This document shows positions 10,972 to 19,098 of a stretch of 64,000 nucleotides of DNA, in pieces. Where the stretch lies: positions 153,183-217,182 of IMG/VR virus record IMGVR_UViG_3300046808_001241. One strand, given 5' to 3'. The notes below the pieces were generated by a model. That model saw only the letters and a list, made by a program, of their open reading frames with translations, was not told the origin of the DNA and ran no database searches. Each line of letters opens with the position of its first letter. Positions within the stretch are counted from its first letter, which is position 1. Position numbers and translations under genes: made by a program.

Positions 10972-11960
10972 AAACACAAAACAGACCTAAAATATTTGAA
11001 GAACAGATAGCAAGAAAGCCAAATCATTTTTCTTGGACGGACTCGTTCGTCGAGAGTATTCAAAACGGATTTTGGACGCATCGGGAATTTAACTTCAAAT
11101 CAGACATTCAGCAATTTAAAGTTAATTTGACCGATCAAGAAAGAGATATTATTATCCGCACGCTTTCTGCTATTGGACAAATTGAAATTGCTGTAAAAAC
11201 ATTCTGGGGAAAGCTCGGAGAGAATTTGAGATTTCCAAATTTTTCTGACCTAGGTTATACTATGGCCCACACAGAAGTCATTCACAATAATGCTTATGAG
11301 CGTCTTATTGACGTATTAGGCTTAAGTGAAGTGTTTGAAGAAAACTTAAAACTTGATTGGATTCAAGGACGGGTTAACTATCTTCGTAAATACACTCACA
11401 AGTTTTATAAAGATTCAAAGAAACAATATCTTTATGCTATTATCTTGTTCACGTTGTTTGTTGAGAACGTTTCGTTGTTTAGTCAGTTCTATATCATTAA
11501 CTGGTTTGCAAGGTTCAAAAACGTTCTTAAAGATACAGACCAACAAGTCAAATACACACGCAATGAAGAAAACCTCCATGCTTTGATTGGCATTAAAATT
11601 ATCAACACTATTAGAGAAGATTATCCAGAAATGTTCGATGAAGAGCTGGAACAAAAGATTCTTCACGAGGCAGAAGAGGCTTATAAGTCAGAAGCAAAGA
11701 TTGTGGATTGGATGATTAACGGCATTCAAGAAGAAGGATTGACTGCTCCAATCCTCAAAGAATTCATTAAGAACAGAATTAATGAATCGTTAACTCAAAT
11801 TGGTTTTAAAACAGCATTTGAAGTTGATAAAGATCTTTTAAAGACTACAATGTGGTTTAATGAAGAATTGCTTGGAGAGAACGCGACAGATTTTTTTCAT
11901 AGTCGGCCCACTTCATATGCAAAGAACAATCAATCATTTTCTGAAGATGACTTGTTTTAA
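10968..11960 (+). CDS. nrdB: Ribonucleotide reductase class Ia beta subunit
   Basis: FWTHRE, EVIHNNAY, ENVSLFSQF and RNEENLH iron-ligand motifs; DFFHSRPTSY tail. Confidence 0.95.
   Translation: MKTQNRPKIFEEQIARKPNHFSWTDSFVESIQNGFWTHREFNFKSDIQQFKVNLTDQERDIIIRTLSAIGQIEIAVKTFWGKLGENLRFPNFSDLGYTMAHTEVIHNNAYERLIDVLGLSEVFEENLKLDWIQGRVNYLRKYTHKFYKDSKKQYLYAIILFTLFVENVSLFSQFYIINWFARFKNVLKDTDQQVKYTRNEENLHALIGIKIINTIREDYPEMFDEELEQKILHEAEEAYKSEAKIVDWMINGIQEEGLTAPILKEFIKNRINESLTQIGFKTAFEVDKDLLKTTMWFNEELLGENATDFFHSRPTSYAKNNQSFSEDDLF
11925..11960 (+). repeat. 36-bp direct repeat, copy 1 (nrdB 3' end); copy 2 at 13683-13718
   Basis: aacaatcaatcattttctgaagatgacttgttttaa vs aataatcaatcattttccgaagatgacttgttttaa; two synonymous differences; both encode NNQSFSEDDLF*. 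Confidence 0.95.
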
Positions 11961-12014
11961 GTTATAAGCTGACTTTACTCGAAAAAGTACACGACTTAGA
12001 TTAAGTAATCTTGT

Positions 12015-13718
12015 ATGTTTACACGCGTATTTGATACAAAGTCTTTTATCGATAAATCCAAACAGAAATTTAGTTCCAAATTTAGTTACGAGGATACGGT
12101 ATATACAAAATCAACAAATAGACTTAACGTAATTTGCAGCATTCACGGCAAAGTCGAAATTCTTCCAGGAGTGCACTTGTCTGGAGCGGGATGCCCGAGC
12201 TGTTCGAGGGCGTTAAATGGCTTGAGTCATAGAATGGACACTGAAACGTTTATTAAAAGAGCTCAAGCTAAACATAATAATTTTTACAATTACGACAAAG
12301 CAACATTTCAAGGTAGTTTAAAAAACCTAATAGTCACTTGTCCTGTGCACGGAGATTTCGCAATTCAAGCAAGTCGACATATAAATAACGGAGCTGGTTG
12401 CTCAAAGTGTGGTTTTATTCGTCGTGTAAAAAAATGCACTACCCCACTCGATGTGTTTTTAGAAAAGACATCCAAAAAACCAAATTTCGAAAATTATGAT
12501 TTCAGTTTAGTTAACTTTAAAAATAAAAAAGAATGGGTTACCGTTATTTGTAAAAAGCACGGAGAGTATAAAACTAAACCTAGATATATTGATAATAGTG
12601 CGTTTTTCGGTTGTAGTCAGTGCAAATGCGAAAGCAGAACTTTCACTACTGATACTTTTATCGAAAAAGCTAAACAAATACATGCCGAAAGATATCTTTA
12701 TGATAGAGTCGAATATAAAGATTCACACACAGAGGTGACACTAATCTGTAAAACTCACGGAGATTATATTTGCAAACCTTATGTACACTTGGCGGGAGGA
12801 GGCTTTTGTCCAAGCTGCACTAACAATGGTGTAAGTTCTTATGAGAGAGAAATAAAATTATTTTTGCAACAAAACGGCATCAGCATAGAATCTTCTTTTA
12901 GAGGATTTGACGGATTGAAGGAAATAGATTTAATTTGTCACAACAAAAAAATAGGAATTGAAGTTAATGGGTTATATTGGCACTGTGACTTATACAAAGA
13001 AAAAAACTTTCATAAACACAAAACGGAAACTTTGTTAAAGCAGGGATATCGACTAATTCATATATTTGAAGACAGCTGGCTTCTCAAAAAAGACGTTTGT
13101 TTGTCAATTTTATTGAATGCGTTTAATAAAACTCCCAATAAAATTTACGCAAGAAAGTGTGAACTAAAACTAATTTCAGATAAAGAGTCAAAACATTTTT
13201 TAAATGCAAACCACGTACAAGGTTCTTGCGTTTCTAAAATAAGATATGGTTTATTCTATAATAACGAGCTTGTATCGGTTATGACCTTCGGCTCTAACAG
13301 AAAAAATTTGGGCAATAAATCAAAACCAAATGAATACGAACTACTAAGGTTTTGTAACAAAACCTACACCAATGTCGTTGGAGGAGCTTCTAAACTGTTT
13401 GCTTCTTTCATCAAACAACACAACCCTCGGAAAATAACAAGCTATTGCAATAGAAGTATCGGAACGGGAAATCTATACAAGCAGCTTGGATTTCAGTTTT
13501 TATACAATACGCCTCCAAACTATTTTTATGTCAGAGGAAGTACAAGATTGCCGAGATTTAAATTTCGAAAAGATGTGTTAATTAAACAAGGACATGATAA
13601 AAACAAAACAGAAGCTTGCATTATGAAGGAATTAGGGTATAATAGAATTTATGACTGTGGAAGCATGAAATTTGAATGGACAAATAATCAATCATTTTCC
13701 GAAGATGACTTGTTTTAA
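12015..13718 (+). CDS. Free-standing Hef-like homing endonuclease (repeated CxxHG/CPxC zinc modules, PD-(D/E)xK/Vsr-like nuclease domain)
   Basis: Four FIxKA..H..Y.Y...C..HG...CPxC repeats; EIDLICHNKKIGIEVNGLYWH; LIHIFEDSW; ELLRFC..VVGGASKLF; lies between nrdB and nrdA. Confidence 0.8.
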   Translation: MFTRVFDTKSFIDKSKQKFSSKFSYEDTVYTKSTNRLNVICSIHGKVEILPGVHLSGAGCPSCSRALNGLSHRMDTETFIKRAQAKHNNFYNYDKATFQGSLKNLIVTCPVHGDFAIQASRHINNGAGCSKCGFIRRVKKCTTPLDVFLEKTSKKPNFENYDFSLVNFKNKKEWVTVICKKHGEYKTKPRYIDNSAFFGCSQCKCESRTFTTDTFIEKAKQIHAERYLYDRVEYKDSHTEVTLICKTHGDYICKPYVHLAGGGFCPSCTNNGVSSYEREIKLFLQQNGISIESSFRGFDGLKEIDLICHNKKIGIEVNGLYWHCDLYKEKNFHKHKTETLLKQGYRLIHIFEDSWLLKKDVCLSILLNAFNKTPNKIYARKCELKLISDKESKHFLNANHVQGSCVSKIRYGLFYNNELVSVMTFGSNRKNLGNKSKPNEYELLRFCNKTYTNVVGGASKLFASFIKQHNPRKITSYCNRSIGTGNLYKQLGFQFLYNTPPNYFYVRGSTRLPRFKFRKDVLIKQGHDKNKTEACIMKELGYNRIYDCGSMKFEWTNNQSFSEDDLF

Positions 13719-13721
13719 AGT

Positions 13722-14489
13722 ATGAGTAAAAGTCATTCTTGGCTTTCAGACCAACTTAAAGGTTTTCCTAACTTTGCAAAAATGTTTCGAGATGTTCTTG
13801 CAGAGGAATTGCAGCAAACCTATTTGGAAGAAGGTTTGATTGCGTCTTGGGATATTGAAAAATTAATCAAAAGAATATCAAACATTATTGGAGACAAAAT
13901 TTTAGAAGTACAAAAAACTACTCTTCCAGACTTTTTAAAAAATACCAACTACGGAGAAGTCTTTACTGTTAATATATTTTTAAAAGAAAAACTAACAAAA
14001 GAAGAAACAAATCAAGTAGACCAACTTTTGGATTTGTTTGGGTATACTAATGCTTTGTGGATTGAACCAGACGGACTTCAGTTGCAGCTAGAACCAAGGT
14101 ATCCAGTCAAACTTAACGAACTTATAAAACAAACTTCTGACAACTATCTTTTCCATATAACTCAAAAGAAATCGCTAGACAAGATTAAAGAAATAGGATT
14201 AGCTCCAAGACCTTCAGAAACTAAATTTGAACATCCGGGAAATAGAATTTATTTGTTGTGGCTGCCAGCAGTACAAAATAAAGGGTTGATTGTGAACGCT
14301 CTTGTTAAACAGTTAGCAAACAACAAAAAGCTGGAAGAAAAAGATTTTGCTGTTATGATGCTAAAATATAACCCTAAATACGACTACTACCTAGATGATA
14401 CTACAACATTGCTCGATCAAAAAATTATAGCAATGTTCACCACAAATAATATCAACCCAAAAGAAATTGTTAAAATTATAAATTTATGA
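13722..14489 (+). CDS. ADP-ribosyltransferase-fold (Tpt1/KptA/DarT-like) protein, paralog 1
   Basis: LFHIT...L..I...GL.P and HPGNRIYL shared with 31058 and 31792 ORFs. Confidence 0.6.
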   Translation: MSKSHSWLSDQLKGFPNFAKMFRDVLAEELQQTYLEEGLIASWDIEKLIKRISNIIGDKILEVQKTTLPDFLKNTNYGEVFTVNIFLKEKLTKEETNQVDQLLDLFGYTNALWIEPDGLQLQLEPRYPVKLNELIKQTSDNYLFHITQKKSLDKIKEIGLAPRPSETKFEHPGNRIYLLWLPAVQNKGLIVNALVKQLANNKKLEEKDFAVMMLKYNPKYDYYLDDTTTLLDQKIIAMFTTNNINPKEIVKIINL

Positions 14490-14731
14490 AACGAATATAC
14501 AAACATTATCCGAATATATTCAATTTCAAAATTGGTAAAAAACTAAATATCGGACTTTGGAAGTATCAATCTAGTATAGTTTTTAGATGGATAAATCTCC
14601 ATCCAAAAATTTGGAAGTTTTGGAGATTAAATTACTTAAAGGGTAAGTTTGTATACTTTGAGTGCACAATATATAAAAAAATAGAAATTTGGTGGGACGG
14701 ATTTTTATTTCAAATAGTGCTAGATAAATGA
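14486..14731 (+). CDS. Hypothetical basic/aromatic protein
   Basis: 81 aa, ATGA overlap with upstream gene. Confidence 0.45.
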   Translation: MKRIYKHYPNIFNFKIGKKLNIGLWKYQSSIVFRWINLHPKIWKFWRLNYLKGKFVYFECTIYKKIEIWWDGFLFQIVLDK

Positions 14732-14754
14732 GAAATTTTTTATAAGATTAACAT

Positions 14755-16404
14755 ATGACTGAAAAATACTATTGGCTTAACAATGACTCGCGAAAATTTC
14801 TTGAGCGTGGATATCTTCTTGAAGAAGAAACTCCGGAACAACGAATTCGAGACATTGCAGAAGCTGCTGAAAAATATCTTGGTATAAAAGGGTTTGCTGA
14901 TAAATTCGAAGAATACGTTGCAAAAGGTTTCTACAGCTTAAGCTCGCCTGTATGGTCCAACTTTGGAAGAAAACGTGGTCTTCCTATAAGTTGTTTTGGA
15001 TCTTACATATCCGATACAATGGAATCGATTTTGCATAAAGTTTCAGAAGTAGGTATTATGACAAAACACGGAGGAGGAACTTCTGCATACTTTGGAGCAA
15101 TTCGAGGAAGAGGAACTACAATCTCTTGTGGAGGAGAATCTACAGGATCTGTACATTTTATGGAGCTTTACAACAAGCTAATGAATGTCGTTTCGCAAGG
15201 TAATGTTCGTAGAGGCTCATTTGCTGCATATCTTCCCATCGATCACAAAGATATTGAAGAGTTTCTTGAGATTCGTTCAGAAGGACATGACATCCAAGAA
15301 ATGTCGTTTGGTGTATGTGTTTCTGATCAATGGATGAAAGACATGGTTGATGGAGACAAAGACAAACGCAAGATTTGGTCCAAAGTCATTAAAAAGCGGT
15401 TCGAATCTGGTTATCCTTATATCTTTTTTTCTGATACAGCCAATAATAACGCTCCACAAGTTTATAAAGACAAAGGACTAAAGATTCACAATTCCAATCT
15501 TTGCACGGAGATTTTTTTATCCAACTCAGAAGAGGAATCTTTTGTTTGTGATCTATCGTCACTTAATCTCGAAAAGTGGGATGAAATCAAAAATACAGAT
15601 GCTGTTCAAACATTAGTGTACTTCCTCGACGCTGTGATGTCAGAGTTTATTGACAAAACAGAAGGCATGCAATTCATGGAAGCTCCAAGAAAGTTTGCGA
15701 TTAACCAAAGAGCTCTTGGTGTAGGTGTTCTTGGATGGCATTCGCTGCTCCAAACTAAGATGATTGCTTTTGAGTCATTTGATGCGAAGATACTTAATGT
15801 GGATGTTTGGAAGACAATACGGGAACGAGCTGACAAAGCCACAGAAGAACTTGCTGGTCTTTTTGGAGAACCAGAATTGCTTAAGGGCTATGGAAGAAGG
15901 AATACAACAACTCTTGCCATTGCACCCACAACCAGCTCAGCGTTTATCTTGGGCCAAGTATCCCAGTCAATTGAGCCCTATAATTCAAACTATTATGTTC
16001 GCGACTTGGCTAAAGGTAAGTTTTCATACAAAAATCCATACCTTAAATCACTGCTAAAACAAAAGGACAAAGATAATGATGAAACATGGTCTTCGATTCT
16101 TGCTCATGGTGGTTCTGTTCAGCATCTTGATTTCTTATCAGATAATGAAAAAGACGTATTCAAAACTTTTGGAGAGCTTTCCCAAAAAGAAATCGTCATC
16201 CAAGCGGCGCAAAGGCAAAAATACATTGATCAAGGTCAATCCTTAAACGTAATGATTCCTCATGATGCTAAACCAAAAGACGTTAATGAGCTTTTGATAT
16301 TTGGTTGGGAACAGGGAATCAAGAGTTTCTACTACCAAAAATCTACCTCGCCCTCACAAAAGCTAGCTAGATCGATTCTTACCTGCAAATCTTGTGAAGG
16401 GTAA
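14755..16404 (+). CDS. nrdA: Ribonucleotide reductase class Ia alpha subunit (no ATP cone)
   Basis: PISCF, SNLCTEI, CDLSSLNL, AIAPT, KSFYYQ, C-terminal CKSCEG. Confidence 0.95.
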   Translation: MTEKYYWLNNDSRKFLERGYLLEEETPEQRIRDIAEAAEKYLGIKGFADKFEEYVAKGFYSLSSPVWSNFGRKRGLPISCFGSYISDTMESILHKVSEVGIMTKHGGGTSAYFGAIRGRGTTISCGGESTGSVHFMELYNKLMNVVSQGNVRRGSFAAYLPIDHKDIEEFLEIRSEGHDIQEMSFGVCVSDQWMKDMVDGDKDKRKIWSKVIKKRFESGYPYIFFSDTANNNAPQVYKDKGLKIHNSNLCTEIFLSNSEEESFVCDLSSLNLEKWDEIKNTDAVQTLVYFLDAVMSEFIDKTEGMQFMEAPRKFAINQRALGVGVLGWHSLLQTKMIAFESFDAKILNVDVWKTIRERADKATEELAGLFGEPELLKGYGRRNTTTLAIAPTTSSAFILGQVSQSIEPYNSNYYVRDLAKGKFSYKNPYLKSLLKQKDKDNDETWSSILAHGGSVQHLDFLSDNEKDVFKTFGELSQKEIVIQAAQRQKYIDQGQSLNVMIPHDAKPKDVNELLIFGWEQGIKSFYYQKSTSPSQKLARSILTCKSCEG

Positions 16405-16856
16405 TGCAAGGGATTAGTCATAGAGTTTTCAATAGCGTTTTAGCAAGCGACTTGTTGATTTTATTTTATAAACAACAGCCCTTGCTGACATCTATTGTTG
16501 CTGGAGGCATGATTCTGTTTAGCAGTTTTCCTGATAAAGTAGAAGAATTTAATCTTAAACACAGAGGCATAAGCCATTCAATAATATTATATCTTTTACT
16601 TGGAGTATTATATTATTGGTTTTCAATTCATCTTCATAACTATTTTGATTGGATTGTGTATATTGGATATGGTTTAGTAGCAGGATCAATAGGACACATC
16701 CTTGCAGATATGTTTAGTAAAAGAGGAGTAAGAATTCTTGGAGCTAAGTTTAATTACGGTCTATATACTACAGGAAAAGTTTCTGAGCAGATCTTTTTAT
16801 TTGGATTTGCTTTAGTGAATTACCTGTTGATATACTGGTTCGTGTTTTGTAAATAG
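16404..16856 (+). CDS. Membrane-bound metal-dependent hydrolase (YdjM/YbcI-like)
   Basis: GISH, S.FPD, HRGISHS, GHILADMF motifs, hydrophobic segments. Confidence 0.8.
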   Translation: MQGISHRVFNSVLASDLLILFYKQQPLLTSIVAGGMILFSSFPDKVEEFNLKHRGISHSIILYLLLGVLYYWFSIHLHNYFDWIVYIGYGLVAGSIGHILADMFSKRGVRILGAKFNYGLYTTGKVSEQIFLFGFALVNYLLIYWFVFCK

Positions 16857-16896
16857 TCTTTGGCAACACACTGCTTTAGAAAGGACACATATACAC

Positions 16897-17109
16897 ATGA
16901 CAAAAAACGCTTACGAAATCCGTTTGGATGTTCTTCAAATGGCTCATGCAGATGCTCAAATGCGTTATCTTGAAAAACTTAACACAGTTAGAGATAACAC
17001 AGGAAAAGTTACTGACGGAAAACACATTGACGAACTCTTTCCAAAGACCTCAGACATCATTGACAGAGCAGAAGAACTCTATGCTTTTGTTGAAGACAAA
17101 GGTCTTTAA
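16897..17109 (+). CDS. Conserved small phage protein (MTKNAYEIRL family)
   Basis: SD-like AAAGGA upstream, terminator downstream. Confidence 0.75.
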   Translation: MTKNAYEIRLDVLQMAHADAQMRYLEKLNTVRDNTGKVTDGKHIDELFPKTSDIIDRAEELYAFVEDKGL

Positions 17110-17125
17110 TTAGGAGTCGAACCCA

Positions 17126-17166
17126 AGCCCTTCTGAGCTACCAACTTGGAAGGGCTCTTTTTTTTT
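17126..17166 (+). terminator. Rho-independent terminator
   Basis: AGCCCTTC/GAAGGGCT stem followed by T9. Confidence 0.8.
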
Positions 17167-17189
17167 GTTGAGAAATAATTCTTTTGAAG

Positions 17190-17263
17190 GATAAATAAAT
17201 TTGCTCAGTGCTCCAAAGGGCTGAACAACAAACATAACTCGCTTAATAAAGGAGATATTAAAA
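17190..17263 (+). promoter_or_regulatory. Late promoter and structured hsp20 leader with SD
   Basis: GATAAATA 17190-17197; 5' arm 17203-17222 complementary to 17769-17790; TAACTCGCTT motif; AAGGAG. Confidence 0.75.
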
Positions 17264-17758
17264 ATGACAAATAAACTAACTACATACGTACCTGGACACT
17301 ATGCGTCCACAGAGCGTCACTTCAGCCAGCTGCCCGCTCTGTTTTCATCCCGCTGGTTCAACTCAATCTTTGACGATACTTTCCCAGAGAAAGTTCTTGA
17401 AGATCAAAATGCCTTCTACCCTTATAACATTTCCGTTGTAAAAGAAGGAGAAGATACCCAAAAATACATCCTCGAAGTAGCTCTTGCTGGTGTTGGTAAA
17501 AACAACATCTCGATTGACGTCAAAGATGATGTGTTGACAATTGGAGTATTGAAAGAAGATAAGGAACCCGAACAAGGTCAATCTTATCTGAAGCGTGGAA
17601 TTAGTCGTCGAAAGTCGACTTTTTCATACAAGCTTGATACAAACCAAGTAGATGTGAAGAAAATTCAATCTGCTTACATCGATGGTCTTCTAACAGTAAC
17701 AATTCCTGTTAAGAAGAAAGAAACCCATAAAGTTGATATTAAGGTTAATATTGACTAA
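17264..17758 (+). CDS. Small heat shock protein, Hsp20/alpha-crystallin family
   Basis: YPYNI, LEVALAG, YLKRGISRR, YIDGLLTVTIP. Confidence 0.95.
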   Translation: MTNKLTTYVPGHYASTERHFSQLPALFSSRWFNSIFDDTFPEKVLEDQNAFYPYNISVVKEGEDTQKYILEVALAGVGKNNISIDVKDDVLTIGVLKEDKEPEQGQSYLKRGISRRKSTFSYKLDTNQVDVKKIQSAYIDGLLTVTIPVKKKETHKVDIKVNID

Positions 17759-17804
17759 TAACTAAAAAAGCCCTTTTGGAGCACTGGAGCTTTTTTTAAA
17801 AAAC

Positions 17805-18158
17805 CTATTTAGGCTTAGTTGGCCAGACTACTTCTTCAGGGGTTTTAAATGTAGTTGGAACGTCTCTTAGAGTCTGACGATAAGCTAGCCATGCTTCTTT
17901 GGAAGGCTTTGGATTAGCATCTGGAAAGACAGACCAATCAGAGTCTTTTAAAAGAGCATCGCGTTGGGATCTAATTTGTTCCCAAGTAAGAGGATCAACA
18001 GGTTCTGGTGTGTTACCTTTTTCGAGCCAAGCAAGATATGCTTGGTAATCGCTATTAGTAGGATCAAATGCGAAACTAACTTGCGGTGTCACCCCAACGC
18101 TCATAGCGTGATTTGGAACAATTTGACTTGGTGAGGTTTTATAAAGTTTGTACATCAT
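17805..18158 (-). CDS. Tail fibre assembly chaperone-like protein
   Basis: WEQIRSQRDALLKDSDW...WLAYRQTLRDVP; follows fibre gene; start placed at MMYKL. Confidence 0.8.
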   Translation of the reverse strand: MMYKLYKTSPSQIVPNHAMSVGVTPQVSFAFDPTNSDYQAYLAWLEKGNTPEPVDPLTWEQIRSQRDALLKDSDWSVFPDANPKPSKEAWLAYRQTLRDVPTTFKTPEEVVWPTKPK

Positions 18159-18169
18159 AAGGTTTAATA

Positions 18170-19072
18170 TTATAATTCGCATCCAGTCCACAAGATTCTA
18201 CTGCCAGCAGTTTGACATTGCAAATCATATACAGCAGAACTTATAACTCCGCTTCCGCCACCAAGTTGTGCATGGCCAACAGTTAGACTAGCCCATAAAA
18301 ATTGAAATGTTGCTGTCGAAAATGGTACCCCGCTAACAAGAAAAGTGCCTGACACACTTACTCCTGTTGGAGGAATTCGTGGAGTGGTGATAAATTGAAA
18401 CAAAACACTTACATAGCTGGGTGTAGAGTGTCCACGACCCAAACAAATTGTTTCATACCCTGATGTGTAATTATATGCTGGTAAATACCTCTGACACAAA
18501 GCGAGTTCAGTTCCAATAGGTCTGTGCTCAAAAACAGTAGGAACGTTTCCTTTTTCAAGCTGAGGTAATGAAAAAGTTCCTCCAACGAAACTTACTGTAA
18601 CATTTGATCCTCCTGTTAAAGTAAACGTTTCGCCTTTTGTTCTTGCTGTTCCATTTACTGTAGCAGTGGCTGTTCCGGTCCAATTTAAAACATAAGTTCC
18701 AGATTCAACGTTCAGTCCTTCTACTACCTGCTCTACTCCTCCTGCAGGAGCCGTAAAAGTAGCTATGTTCTGGGATGTCAAAAAGGATAAATTCTGACCA
18801 GAAGTAACAACTCTCCATCTATCTACCGTGTATTGATTTGCTTGAGTCGTTGTTGCTCCAGAGATGTAGCCTCTTTGATTAATAAGACCTTGAGCGTTGA
18901 TGAGTTTGTTTCTAAAGCAAAAGTTCAAGCTTGGGATTGAGCTTCTATTTTCAAGCTCACAAACAGCAACATCCAAATTCTTAAAATTATTATTAATTTT
19001 TACGAGAGAATTGCCAATACATTCTGTTCTTTCAATGTTTTGAACATATTGATCACCAGTGCAAGTAGCCAT
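18170..19072 (-). CDS. Tail fibre protein with CIGNSL..IN.NF anchor
   Basis: FRNKLIN...INQRG, YTVDRW, ELALCQRY fibre motifs. Confidence 0.75.
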   Translation of the reverse strand: MATCTGDQYVQNIERTECIGNSLVKINNNFKNLDVAVCELENRSSIPSLNFCFRNKLINAQGLINQRGYISGATTTQANQYTVDRWRVVTSGQNLSFLTSQNIATFTAPAGGVEQVVEGLNVESGTYVLNWTGTATATVNGTARTKGETFTLTGGSNVTVSFVGGTFSLPQLEKGNVPTVFEHRPIGTELALCQRYLPAYNYTSGYETICLGRGHSTPSYVSVLFQFITTPRIPPTGVSVSGTFLVSGVPFSTATFQFLWASLTVGHAQLGGGSGVISSAVYDLQCQTAGSRILWTGCEL

Positions 19073-19098
19073 ATCTTTAATTATTCAAAAGAACTCAA

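Noticed and set aside
11961-12014. Antisense hairpin RNA for the Hef-like endonuclease
   Set aside because: Only a weak 4-bp hairpin; no long stem, U-tract or copy of the start region found nearby
10968-16404. Inteins or introns in nrdA/nrdB
   Set aside because: Both have normal length and uninterrupted motifs
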